From: an uncultured Candidatus Saccharibacteria bacterium
GTDB lineage: Bacteria > Patescibacteriota > Minisyncoccia > Phycocordibacterales > UBA9973
Direction of reading: 5' to 3'
Length of the DNA stretch: 54,766 nt
Assembly: GCA_964646765.1 (NCBI GenBank)
Contig: CAZYIA010000001.1
Coordinates: 217,339 to 272,104, forward strand
Shown: positions 1 through 9,905 of the stretch, piece by piece
Numbering within the stretch: the first letter of the stretch is position 1
Layout: each line of letters opens with the position of its first letter
Position numbers and translations under genes: made by a program
Notes under the pieces: model-generated
Databases searched by the model: none
Told to the model about the DNA's origin: nothing
Seen by the model: only the letters and a program-made list of their open reading frames with translations

Positions 1-88
1 TTCAGATTGGTTTAGGAATCGGTTTATATACTCTAATTCACCCGCAAAACGGGCGCTTTTATAGAGTAGTTTGTGAACGAATTGTCTA

Positions 89-116
89 ACTATGCTATTT
101 ATTTGCAAAAAGTCAA
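89..116 (-). promoter_or_regulatory. Possible sigma70-type promoter for a gene off the left edge
   Basis: Minus strand TTGACT-16 nt-CATAGT, downstream of the stop of the 156..1901 gene. Confidence 0.35.
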
Positions 117-155
117 TGGGATTACTTCTCTTTTTAATGGAATGAAGTTTAATAT

Positions 156-1901
156 TTAAAACACTTCCTTTTTATAGCAAGCATCACAATAAATTATTGT
201 TCCCTTTCCTTTTTGATACGTTGTTTCAAAAACGAGGCCACATGTGCTGGCGCCGTGTTCATGCTCGTTGTTATTTTTGTAGACGCCATTTGTAGAATGT
301 AGACCATCACACATACATGTTTCGTTTCGCAACTTCGTTGGGTTTCGGTAGGCCAAACGTCGATAGTAGCGGCAGTTTGGACACTGGCGCGGTACTGGAA
401 TTTTCATCCGACGATAAAATTCGAGTTCGTCTTTGATAACGCGAAATGCTTTGGTGCAGCCATGAGTACAGCTTCCCGCATGTTCGCAAGTAACGGTTTC
501 TTTTAGAATACTGTCAGTAACATCGGCAATATGTTCTGGTATGCCATCAATTTGAAGCGTTGGTACGTAACTTTTTTCAGCTGGATCCACCCAGTCAAAA
601 CCTGCGCCGGTTGCTTCTTTTTTTGTTTTTGGAAAATATTCTTGGGCAACGGTATCGTTATATGGAAATGGCGAGGAAGAGACTGGAAAATATTCGCCAT
701 ATTCACTTGTTTGCCGCATATGAGCGATAATTTTGTCGCGAAGTTCGATGTATTCCTCTTTTGTATATTGCTTATTTAAAATGCAATACTCTTTATTACT
801 TAAACCACTACAGGCAAAACAGTTTGAACAGTTTTTAAGAAACCAACTGTACGAACACTCGCGCGAATCAGCTGCGCGAACGGTAAACATACACTTGTTT
901 GCCGCAGTAGTTGAAGTTGCTTCGTATACAAGCGAAGAATTTCGGCCGCCAGAATACGCATCCATAGAGTTCGAGTAATCCATTTGATCCCAAATGTATG
1001 CACAGTCTTCGCATTTTTTGATGTTGTAGGAGTTTCGGCAGTTTTTTGAATCTTTAATGAAGTCACCGAAAACATTAACTGAGCGCAAAATAGAAAGGTT
1101 CTTTCGTGGAAACTTTAAAATAAATTCCTCGAACTCTTTGAGTGCCTGCTTTTGGCCAGAATAGGTAGCCAAATTATATTTCATAACTATGGCGTTATAT
1201 TCATCGCGTGAATATTGCTCATTCTTAAAACAATATTGTTTATTGCGAAGATCGGTACACATAAAGCAGTTCACGCAGCCTGAACAGTTATAGAGAAAGA
1301 GTGACTCAGAACATTTTTCGCAGTTGTGTAAAAACTTGCTGTTATTGGACGCGTTCGTGTCAAAGCATTCGTATAAATATTCAGATTGCTCTTTTACCTG
1401 AAAACAATCGGCACAGTAGCTCGATTTGTTACCGCGATACGTATAGAGCATGTTATTCGAGTCGTGTGTGCGTGAGCAGAGGTAGCAATTGGCGCTGCGG
1501 CTCATGTCCTGGTTATAATCACAATTCTGAGAAGCTTGGATATAGAGAGATGGCAGCGGTACTATTTTTAGGAATTCAAGGAATTGAGCGAAGAATGGCT
1601 GGCTAAAATCGAAATCTCGGCCATACTGCATTGGATCAAAAGCATCAGAAAAGTAGTGCTCACGATCGGCAACTTTAAAAGCACATTCTGGACGATAGAT
1701 TGAAATAATATCTTTGCCAGTAATATCACACTTTCGACGATAGAGATTTCGCTCGTTACGGTGCACCATACGACGGATACAGCGGCATTCAGGGCATTGT
1801 GTCGGCGCTGGAACGTCCATTTTTTGGTAAAAATCCAAATCTTCCGGCTCGATAGCAAATGAGCGGCTACAGTTTTTACAAGTTCTAGTTTCTGGGTTCA
1901 T
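156..1901 (-). CDS. Cys-rich zinc-ribbon repeat protein, paralog 1
   Basis: ORF 156..1955; start moved to MNPETRTCKNC (1901) to match the other paralogs. CxxC...CPxCR modules at both ends; NKxYC..N.QY..EEY motif twice. Confidence 0.85.
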   Translation of the reverse strand: MNPETRTCKNCSRSFAIEPEDLDFYQKMDVPAPTQCPECRCIRRMVHRNERNLYRRKCDITGKDIISIYRPECAFKVADREHYFSDAFDPMQYGRDFDFSQPFFAQFLEFLKIVPLPSLYIQASQNCDYNQDMSRSANCYLCSRTHDSNNMLYTYRGNKSSYCADCFQVKEQSEYLYECFDTNASNNSKFLHNCEKCSESLFLYNCSGCVNCFMCTDLRNKQYCFKNEQYSRDEYNAIVMKYNLATYSGQKQALKEFEEFILKFPRKNLSILRSVNVFGDFIKDSKNCRNSYNIKKCEDCAYIWDQMDYSNSMDAYSGGRNSSLVYEATSTTAANKCMFTVRAADSRECSYSWFLKNCSNCFACSGLSNKEYCILNKQYTKEEYIELRDKIIAHMRQTSEYGEYFPVSSSPFPYNDTVAQEYFPKTKKEATGAGFDWVDPAEKSYVPTLQIDGIPEHIADVTDSILKETVTCEHAGSCTHGCTKAFRVIKDELEFYRRMKIPVPRQCPNCRYYRRLAYRNPTKLRNETCMCDGLHSTNGVYKNNNEHEHGASTCGLVFETTYQKGKGTIIYCDACYKKEVF

Positions 1902-2265
1902 AGAATTCAATTTGGTTTCCATCAGGATCAGAAGTAAACGTAAACCGGGCGCCACTTGCCCCAGTGGTTATTGGGCAAAATACTAACCCTTTTTCACTCA
2001 AATTCCTAATTGATTCTTCAATTTCCGGTACCTCAAAAGCAATATGTCGAATACCAAGAATATCAAGATCACTCACATTATTTCCCTTTTTCTTATCTTC
2101 GAATTCCCAAATTTCAACTCTAAAATCATACAGCTTAAGGAAAACTGCTTTACCTTTCAAATCCCGTCGTTCGAAACTTCGCTCAGTTTCAAAACCAAAC
2201 GATTCATAAAAAGCTCGACTTCTTTCTAGATTTGAAACAGTAATTGCAACATGGTGAATCTTCAT
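1885..2265 (-). CDS. VOC/glyoxalase family protein
   Basis: IHHVAITVSNLERSRAFY, HIAFEV and DPDGNQIEF motifs. Confidence 0.9.
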   Translation of the reverse strand: MKIHHVAITVSNLERSRAFYESFGFETERSFERRDLKGKAVFLKLYDFRVEIWEFEDKKKGNNVSDLDILGIRHIAFEVPEIEESIRNLSEKGLVFCPITTGASGARFTFTSDPDGNQIEFYEPRN

Positions 2266-2279
2266 GGCAAAAGTATAGC

Positions 2280-4004
2280 TTACTCAAATTCCGCACGAAA
2301 GCACTCAGCACAGTATGGTTTGTAGCCTTGTTTGGTCTCGTAGGCAGAGAGAATTTCTTTGCCGCACTTAAAGCAAACATCCTGTGTAACTCGAAGATTA
2401 TTTACCATAGCGAAACGATTCATGATGCGCTGGTATGGTGCATCGGTAGGTAGTGCCACATGATTTTGTTTATAAAATTCGATTTCCTGTGGAACAAGTC
2501 GAAACGGTTTACCTGAATGTTCACCAATAATGGCAGTAGTTAAGACATCATTCGTAACATCATTGATGTTGTCAGGAAGTTCGGCGACAGAAATAGTTTT
2601 AATGTTTTTTGTGTCAGTTTCTATATCATCCTGCCAAAATAGATTACGGGCGAGCGCTTCTTCTTTCGTCATAGGATAAATAATGTGTGCAAGAGAGCTA
2701 TTGTACGGATACGGAGCATACTGCATTGGGAAAAATTCACCGTACTCTCCCCTTTTCAGCATTTCAGTTTTTATAGCGTCTACTTTTTCAAAATATTCTT
2801 TTGGTTCGTATACTTTATTAAAAATGGCATAGGAAACATTTTTTAAGCCGATACAGCCGAAAAGGTTTGTGCAGTTATTACATGACATGGTGTATTCAGA
2901 ATCTATAACCTCTTTTCCCGCAAAGGAAAACTTCACATTCGCCGAGTGCAGGCCAACATTTTGACATTCGTAGAGTCGCTCAGAAAATCCAGAAAACGAG
3001 ACGTCCATGAGATCTTTAGTGTGATTTAACATCTGACCATAACGTACATGTTCTGAGTTTTCAGACTGGAAAATCATATACCCGTCTTTTACCTCTTTTA
3101 CATCGTTGCCGGTAACGTTGAGAGACTGATAGATGTGGGTTGCTCGTATTGGGTTTTGCTTCAAGAATTCTAAAAATTTTGTTTTATATTCACGGACTAT
3201 TTTTTGACTACCAAGATCAATTTCACTTCTGCGCTTTTGGTATTCCTCTTTCGTTAGTTGTTCATTGAACCAGCAATATTTTTTATTACGAAGATTAACG
3301 CAACCAAAACAATTTGAGCAATTACGGCAGTCGTAGATGAAGTCGCACTCAATACATTCAACTGAAAAAGATGCGTATGAGCATTTAAAGCAACGGTCGG
3401 TAATAACATTTTCGTATAAATTTTCACCACCGCGTATATAGTACGAATCAACAATATTGCGCGAATCCGTAAAAATTGAGGCGCTATACAAAAGATTTTC
3501 TGATGTCCAAGCACCAAAAACATAGTATGCATTTTTCATGCCGCGACCGTAAAAGGCGTAGTCGCTATTGATACAGTTTGGCCCACGGCGAACACCCGGA
3601 TGCGGAACTTCTTTTAGGAGCTCAAAGTAGTGCTCAAAGAATGACTTCTCTGGACTAACTTCTTTTCCATAATTACGCGGATCCCACGCATCAGAATAAT
3701 ATGTGTCGTAATCATACATTTTCCACGGGATAACTGGTGCGGTGAGTGAAATCATCGTGTCTGTATGCCCCGGAACATCGCATTTGCGACGATACATATG
3801 CGAGTAGTTAGCAAATGCTAAACGACGACGTCTACGGCAGGTTGGGCACAGTTTGGGAGCCGGAACACGAAGCATGTTTAGGAGCTCTATATCTGGAGCA
3901 GTAATTTCAAAATCAGTTTTACAGTCCTCACAAGTTCGAGTGTGAGGAATAAGAGATTTCAAAATCTCATCTAATGCGGTATCAAATTGTGGAGTTTTAG
4001 ACAT
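2280..4004 (-). CDS. Cys-rich zinc-ribbon repeat protein, paralog 2
   Basis: 574 aa; CEDC...CPTCR at the N-terminus; C-terminal CFKC-x17-CAEC. Confidence 0.85.
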   Translation of the reverse strand: MSKTPQFDTALDEILKSLIPHTRTCEDCKTDFEITAPDIELLNMLRVPAPKLCPTCRRRRRLAFANYSHMYRRKCDVPGHTDTMISLTAPVIPWKMYDYDTYYSDAWDPRNYGKEVSPEKSFFEHYFELLKEVPHPGVRRGPNCINSDYAFYGRGMKNAYYVFGAWTSENLLYSASIFTDSRNIVDSYYIRGGENLYENVITDRCFKCSYASFSVECIECDFIYDCRNCSNCFGCVNLRNKKYCWFNEQLTKEEYQKRRSEIDLGSQKIVREYKTKFLEFLKQNPIRATHIYQSLNVTGNDVKEVKDGYMIFQSENSEHVRYGQMLNHTKDLMDVSFSGFSERLYECQNVGLHSANVKFSFAGKEVIDSEYTMSCNNCTNLFGCIGLKNVSYAIFNKVYEPKEYFEKVDAIKTEMLKRGEYGEFFPMQYAPYPYNSSLAHIIYPMTKEEALARNLFWQDDIETDTKNIKTISVAELPDNINDVTNDVLTTAIIGEHSGKPFRLVPQEIEFYKQNHVALPTDAPYQRIMNRFAMVNNLRVTQDVCFKCGKEILSAYETKQGYKPYCAECFRAEFE

Positions 4005-4016
4005 CCTAAGTGTTTG

Positions 4017-5765
4017 TTACATTACCTCTTTCTGATAGCAGGACTCACAGAAAATTGTTTCCGGGCGTTCAGGAGCGTATGAAGTTTGAAATTCATTTTT
4101 ACACTGGCCACTGTGATCATGATTGGATTGACTGCACATACAATTTCTGTGCCAAAGTTTATAGGGAAAGCGGAACGTGAGGCGTTCGTAGAAGCGAGCA
4201 TTTGGTGATTTACGCGGCAGTGGAATTTTGAGTCGCTTATAGAGGGAAAGTTCTTGCGAGGTTATACGAAAAGCGCCTGGCGAATAGTCATTATCTCTGT
4301 CTTCACACTCTATAACTTCATTAATAATAGAATCGGAAATGTCTTGAATAGCATCAGGGATTTTTGAAAGTGGCATAGTAACCTGATATTGGCTTTTTTC
4401 TTTTGTTCGCCAGGTAAAACCTTTTGCTTTTGCGCCAGCTTCAGTGAGTGGATAGTAATCATGCGCCGGTGTTTCGTTATATGCAAAAGGAGAAATTTCT
4501 GAAGGAAAAAATTCACCAAATCTGTATATGCGGCCAAGGGCATCTTGGTACGGCATGACATTCATGTGCTCAATAATTTTTGGCACCAAGACCTCGTATT
4601 CTTCTTTGGTGTATTGCTTATTGAAAATACAATACTGCTTATTCCGAAGAGCGACGCAACCAAAAAGGTTGCTACTTTGATGGCAAAAGAGCGAGTAGTA
4701 TATGTTTGAACATGTCCAAACCATGGCAGACATAAACATTCGTTGAGCATTCTCCCCTGCTGACATAGTTTCGTAACTGGTTTCGTAGTTCACTCCACCC
4801 GCAAAAAGATCGTAGCAATCACTTACATTCGAGAAGGCATAACCGGTAAATTTACACTGCTCCATTTTGTTAGCAATATCAAAACATTCATGGCAATTTC
4901 GAGCATTACGGATATGGTTTCCAGTTACATTTTCTGACTGTAGGATATCGGCAAACTTTTTCGGGAACGTGCGAGCAAAGTCATAAAATTTTGCCAGATT
5001 TTTTTGTAGTGTTTGATGTGAACCGTCACGATATTCTTTTATTTTTTGGTCGTACTCTTCTTTAGAATATTGAACATTAAAAATACAGTGCGATTTATTA
5101 CGGAGCTCAACACAACCAAAGCAATCTTGGCAGTTATAGCAGTCCCACATGAGATGTGAATCGATACAATTATGCGAGAAATACGTGTAGCTTGATTGAT
5201 AACAACCCTTTGATTTATAGCCCATGTAACACGATTCCATATTCTCGCATCCTTCTTGGTCGCAGGAATTCTTGGTTCGCATAGTTTGATGAAGATATGA
5301 AGAGTCTTCATTCATGTCACTAGCGAATGCTAAATAGCAGTTTTTACATTGATAGGTAAAGTTACAAAAATCACTGTTTGCATTCTGAAGATTAGTTGCA
5401 TGTGGTTGCGGCACGACAGCAATTAGTTCCTTCAACTGCTCAAAAAATGGCCGAGAAAAATCGTAGTCTTTCCCGTACTCTAAGCTATCCCAAGCATCAC
5501 TCCACCAATATTCTTGTTCATATACGGGGAATGGCACGTCGGAATGGTAGTTCGCAAGCAGCATTTTCTCACCATCCTTAGTAATGCATGGCCGCTTATA
5601 CAAATTGTGCTCATTACGCCAAACTAAGCGGCGAATAAGCCGACATTCAGGACAAAAGGTAGGCGGTGGAACTTTTATTTTTTCGTAAAACAAAAAATCC
5701 TCTGGTTCGATAGTGAATTCCAGTTTACAACTCTGACAATTTTTTGTTTCGGAATTTTTTATCAT
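4017..5765 (-). CDS. Cys-rich zinc-ribbon repeat protein, paralog 3
   Basis: 582 aa; same architecture as the other paralogs; start overlaps the stop of paralog 4 (TAATG). Confidence 0.85.
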   Translation of the reverse strand: MIKNSETKNCQSCKLEFTIEPEDFLFYEKIKVPPPTFCPECRLIRRLVWRNEHNLYKRPCITKDGEKMLLANYHSDVPFPVYEQEYWWSDAWDSLEYGKDYDFSRPFFEQLKELIAVVPQPHATNLQNANSDFCNFTYQCKNCYLAFASDMNEDSSYLHQTMRTKNSCDQEGCENMESCYMGYKSKGCYQSSYTYFSHNCIDSHLMWDCYNCQDCFGCVELRNKSHCIFNVQYSKEEYDQKIKEYRDGSHQTLQKNLAKFYDFARTFPKKFADILQSENVTGNHIRNARNCHECFDIANKMEQCKFTGYAFSNVSDCYDLFAGGVNYETSYETMSAGENAQRMFMSAMVWTCSNIYYSLFCHQSSNLFGCVALRNKQYCIFNKQYTKEEYEVLVPKIIEHMNVMPYQDALGRIYRFGEFFPSEISPFAYNETPAHDYYPLTEAGAKAKGFTWRTKEKSQYQVTMPLSKIPDAIQDISDSIINEVIECEDRDNDYSPGAFRITSQELSLYKRLKIPLPRKSPNARFYERLTFRFPYKLWHRNCMCSQSNHDHSGQCKNEFQTSYAPERPETIFCESCYQKEVM

Positions 5766-7519
5766 TAGTTAACTTCCTTTTGATAACAACTCTCACAATA
5801 CACTATTTCTGGGCGATTTGGTGCATATGAGGTTTCGAATTCATTTAGACAATTTCCACGATGATCATGATTTTCTTTTGTACACATACAGGTGCGATGC
5901 CAGAGTTCAAGAGGATTACGACGTAATATTCGAGCATGGTGACGGCAGTGAAAACAGCGTCGAGGAATTGGAATTTTGAGGATACGATAAAAATTGAGTT
6001 CGTTTGGAATAATTTTATAGTTACGCTTACAGTTAATACAAGCCAGAATCTCGTTAACCATCGTATCAGAGATATCGTTGATGCTTTCTGGAATTTTGTC
6101 TTGAGAAAGGGTTCCTTTCCCTATTGTTTGCTGTACATTATCCTGCCATTTAAAGTGGTGAGTTAGTGCCTCTTCACGCGAAAGTGGAATCTGATCGAGG
6201 GCTACTGTTTCGTTATAACCAAACACTGAAAGTTCTGCCGGAAAGAATTCACCATAACGATACACACACCCATTTTTGTCTTTGTACGGCATCGTATTCA
6301 TATGCTCAATAATTTTCGGCATCAGCGCCTCATACTCTTCTTTAGTGTATTGTTTGTTTAAAATACAGTACTGACTTTTTCGAAGCGCTGCGCAACCAAA
6401 AATATGTTTGCAGTCATGGCAGTGCTGGGTATAGCGAATGTCCTGGCTTTTAACAGAAAAAATTCCGAAGAAATTATGATAGGAGTGATCAGCAACAATA
6501 TTTTCATAACATTCGGAGAGTTCTCCACTCATAGTAATATCGTAGGAATCTTTTGGGCTTGCGCCGTAGTCGTAGTAGCGGCAATTCTCGGCGTTATGAA
6601 TACCAAAAGAGTCTTTAACGTTCTTGCAGTTGGTTAATACATCTCCCGTGGAGTAAATACTCTGAAGTATGTACGCATAGCGACGTGGGTATGTGAGGAT
6701 AAATTCGTCGAATTCCTTTTTAGCTCGTTCTACGCCAACAAATGTGTCGAGTTTATAATCAGCTAGAATTTTTTCGTACTCTTCCTTTGAATACTGCACA
6801 TTTTTGAAGCAGTACTTTTTATTACGAAGCCCAGCACACATAAAACAATCGGTGCACCCACGGCAGTCATACATAAATTGCGAATCAATACAGGAAATAC
6901 AAAATTCTCCGTACTTTAGTTGGTAACATTCCGCGCAACTAATACATTCGTAGATACGTTGGTTATGTTCAAGAATATTGAGTGAGTCGCACACATCCTT
7001 GATTTGTTTACCTTCTGGCCCAGCAACTAAAAAACTATACATGACATTTTCAGTACGCCAAGAAGAAAAAAGCATGTAGCAGTTTTTTGAAAACCAGGTG
7101 TCGTGTGTATACTCGCAATTTACACTCGCAATACCATTGTCGTTTACGATGGCAATGTGTGGTACCTTTTGAAGCATTTCACGATACTGGGTAAAAAAAG
7201 GTTTTGAGAAGTCGTAGTCGACACCATAGTCTTTTGGATCCCACTTATCACTCCACCAACATTTATTACAGTACACGGTTATGTCAGATTCTGGTGAATA
7301 CAATGTCACCACTCCTTTACCACAGAGGCCACAGGTTCGATTGTATAACGAGAGATTATTGCGCCATGAAAGACGTCGCTGACTGCGACATTTAGGACAA
7401 AAAGTGGGTTCTGGTACGCCAATTTTTTGGTAGAAACCAATATCATCTGGCTCAATGATAAAAGTTACAGCACAGTTTTGGCACTGTTTGGACTCACTTC
7501 CCATTGTCTGATTATCCAC
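5765..7519 (-). CDS. Cys-rich zinc-ribbon repeat protein, paralog 4
   Basis: 584 aa; all four zinc-ribbon sub-motifs intact, including N-terminal CGLC-x17-CNKC. Confidence 0.85.
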   Translation of the reverse strand: MDNQTMGSESKQCQNCAVTFIIEPDDIGFYQKIGVPEPTFCPKCRSQRRLSWRNNLSLYNRTCGLCGKGVVTLYSPESDITVYCNKCWWSDKWDPKDYGVDYDFSKPFFTQYREMLQKVPHIAIVNDNGIASVNCEYTHDTWFSKNCYMLFSSWRTENVMYSFLVAGPEGKQIKDVCDSLNILEHNQRIYECISCAECYQLKYGEFCISCIDSQFMYDCRGCTDCFMCAGLRNKKYCFKNVQYSKEEYEKILADYKLDTFVGVERAKKEFDEFILTYPRRYAYILQSIYSTGDVLTNCKNVKDSFGIHNAENCRYYDYGASPKDSYDITMSGELSECYENIVADHSYHNFFGIFSVKSQDIRYTQHCHDCKHIFGCAALRKSQYCILNKQYTKEEYEALMPKIIEHMNTMPYKDKNGCVYRYGEFFPAELSVFGYNETVALDQIPLSREEALTHHFKWQDNVQQTIGKGTLSQDKIPESINDISDTMVNEILACINCKRNYKIIPNELNFYRILKIPIPRRCFHCRHHARILRRNPLELWHRTCMCTKENHDHRGNCLNEFETSYAPNRPEIVYCESCYQKEVN

Positions 7520-7553
7520 TTATTTAAGCCTTTTTCAAAATCAATAAGGCTTT

Positions 7554-7895
7554 TTATAGCTTTGGATCGTTGTGGTATCGATCGTATTCACCAAAGAGAT
7601 AGTTTTTCATCCAGAGTTGGTAATCAACATTTTTGATATTGATGTCTGAGGTGCCAATCATCGGAACCTTATAGGAATGCAATTTTTTAATATACTCAAT
7701 TAAGCGTTCGAGTTTATTTTCATCAGTAGTGAATATCACCATGTACTGGATAACATCCTCAGGAAAGCCTTCCCAAGTATAAATTGAGCGGATAGGCCAA
7801 AAGTCGGCACAAGCGGCATAGCGCTCGCGAATGATGTTATTTGCAAGAATAACGGCCTCGCTCTCGTCTTTAACTGTCGTATATACAAACAACAT
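7554..7895 (-). CDS. cutA: Divalent-cation tolerance protein CutA
   Basis: VYTT..EA..LA..II.ER.AAC, SIYTWEG and HSYKVP.I motifs; 113 aa. Confidence 0.85.
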   Translation of the reverse strand: MLFVYTTVKDESEAVILANNIIRERYAACADFWPIRSIYTWEGFPEDVIQYMVIFTTDENKLERLIEYIKKLHSYKVPMIGTSDINIKNVDYQLWMKNYLFGEYDRYHNDPKL

Positions 7896-8172
7896 ACAGG
7901 TAGTAATAACTTACATGCCTAGTTTATACCACAGTATGTCAATAGCAAGGCTACGGAACACATCCTGTGGATTGTCAAATGTAACTATTGCCGCAACGGT
8001 AAAAGCTAGTTTAATTAGACGCTGTGTATTCTTAACCTCAAAAACTAGACAAAGTTAAAAATCATAGCATAATGAGCGCAAGTAAGAATTCTCTTTAATA
8101 ACGATTCTAAGAGGACTGTTGGATTTTTTCTGTTGCTCAAAAGGCACTAGGAATAATCCAACACAACACTCT

Positions 8173-8874
8173 ATGGAATTAAAAATTTTTAACCTAAATT
8201 GCTGGCTGCTTCCCCCACCATTTTCGGTACAGAACAAAGCCCGCTTACAAAGCATTATTAAACTGATACAGGAATATAATCCTGATGTCATTACACTTCA
8301 AGAGGTTTGGCTGCAAGCATATGTAGCGATTCTTCAGAACGAATTACGTACGTATAATTTTGTGGCTTCCTATGAACCATTTTTTAATCGTGGAGGTTTA
8401 GTAACTGGCGTGCGTAAAAATGTTACCGCCAAAATATTTCCTCATACGTTCCCTCAAATGAAGGAATACTCAACCACGGAAAAGTACGGAAGCAAAGGCT
8501 ACCACGAAATTACTGTTTCTAATCTCTCCCTGATAAATACGCATTTATACGCACCAACCAATACCTTTGAAGAAAGTATTACTTCCTATCAATTTAGTCT
8601 GCTGTGCGGTTTCTTCTATAAGAAAAATGGAATACTGGCCGGGGACTTAAATATGGAACAGGAAAAATTACACGGGCAAGGAATTTTCCGCTTCTTCAAA
8701 ACCGAAAGTACTCTTTCGAAAGATAATTCGTACGCTAACTGGGGTTTTAATAAAACTTTGTTTAGTAAACAAATTGATTATGTATTACCAACCGAGAATA
8801 TTCAGGTAGGTGTTGAAGTGCTTCGAGATGAAGTTTCTGACCACTACCCACTAATAGGTTCTGTTGTTAATTAA
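8173..8874 (+). CDS. Endonuclease/exonuclease/phosphatase (EEP) family hydrolase
   Basis: FNLN, DVITLQEVW, NTHL, GDLN, IDYV and SDHYP motifs; start moved from 8119 to MELKIFNLN. Confidence 0.85.
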   Translation: MELKIFNLNCWLLPPPFSVQNKARLQSIIKLIQEYNPDVITLQEVWLQAYVAILQNELRTYNFVASYEPFFNRGGLVTGVRKNVTAKIFPHTFPQMKEYSTTEKYGSKGYHEITVSNLSLINTHLYAPTNTFEESITSYQFSLLCGFFYKKNGILAGDLNMEQEKLHGQGIFRFFKTESTLSKDNSYANWGFNKTLFSKQIDYVLPTENIQVGVEVLRDEVSDHYPLIGSVVN

Positions 8875-8923
8875 CTACGTTAAACACGTCTAACTGGCTC
8901 TGCATGTATTTGTAGGGCTAGTT

Positions 8924-9475
8924 TTATTTTTGAGTTATCCAAAATTGCAGTTTCGGAACACCTTTTTCAGGATTAGCTATTTTCCCGCTCAAAATACCGC
9001 CGTTCGCCAGAATTACTCCTTTTGACGGTAGGTTTGTTTCGTCGCAAGTAATGAAGACTTTTTTAATGCCCAGATTTTTTGCCTTCTGTAGCGCAAGACG
9101 GAGCATTTCTTTACCGTAACCCTTGCCGCGCTCTTCCGGGATAAGCGAGTAGCCAATATGTCCACCAACGGTACGGAGGTTGTTATTTAAACGATGACGA
9201 ATACTTACTCTGCCAATAGCCTTGTTGCCGCGTATAACCCAATATAAAGTTGAAGGAACTTTACCTTTTTCAAGATTAATTCCCTTTCGCTGTTCATCAG
9301 CAATTTTCTTATAGAGCGGAAAATCTTTTAAGGCAAAAAATACTTGCAGTTTGTCAGGTCCTGCAGCAACTATTCCCCCTTTCTTGTCTTTGGCAAAACT
9401 TCGCAATGCACGAAGATATGAAGCCGCATACTTTTTTGTAGGCAGCACAAGAGCTATCTTTCCTCGCTGGTTCAT
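8924..9475 (-). CDS. GNAT family N-acetyltransferase (COG3981-like)
   Basis: GGHIGYSLIPEERGKGYG acetyl-CoA motif; ITCDETNLPS..VI..NGG. Confidence 0.85.
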   Translation of the reverse strand: MNQRGKIALVLPTKKYAASYLRALRSFAKDKKGGIVAAGPDKLQVFFALKDFPLYKKIADEQRKGINLEKGKVPSTLYWVIRGNKAIGRVSIRHRLNNNLRTVGGHIGYSLIPEERGKGYGKEMLRLALQKAKNLGIKKVFITCDETNLPSKGVILANGGILSGKIANPEKGVPKLQFWITQK

Positions 9476-9479
9476 TCTC

Positions 9480-9905
9480 CTACTTTAATACACCAATTTT
9501 GAATGTTGCAAGTTCGTTTTCAGGACGAGCTTGGCCGCCATGCTGACCATTAAACGCGGTAGTTCCATCAATACCACAAAGACTTAGGATTGCCTCAGAA
9601 CCTCCCGGGTGACGAGAAATCCAGCTCGTGACGTCATAGACGTTACCATTGATAGCCGTCCAGCAACTACTTTGACTATTATGAGTTCCAACTTCGGCTA
9701 GTGAATATGATTTCTCTGCTGATCCTGTTGTGGTTGATGTTGTATCGTTTGTTGAGCCAGTTGTTTGTACCGCAGCAGAAGTTGTATTTTCAGGGGTTAC
9801 TGGAATTGGCGTATTCGAGTTAGAGTTACGCTCCGCAATAAAAATAGCTGAGAGGATAATGATGATACCGACGAGAATTCCGATTGATAAAACGTTTTTA
9901 TTCAT
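9480..9905 (-). CDS. Membrane-anchored cytochrome b5-like heme-binding protein
   Basis: N-terminal TM helix, Thr-rich linker, then HN...SCW..ING.VYDVT.W...HPGG and a second His (GQHG). Confidence 0.9.
   Translation of the reverse strand: MNKNVLSIGILVGIIIILSAIFIAERNSNSNTPIPVTPENTTSAAVQTTGSTNDTTSTTTGSAEKSYSLAEVGTHNSQSSCWTAINGNVYDVTSWISRHPGGSEAILSLCGIDGTTAFNGQHGGQARPENELATFKIGVLK

Noticed and set aside
7911-7916. ATG-TAA start-stop element 6 nt after a TGgTATAAA box upstream of cutA
   Set aside because: Could be a minimal regulatory uORF, but six bases in AT-rich DNA are easily chance and nothing else supports it
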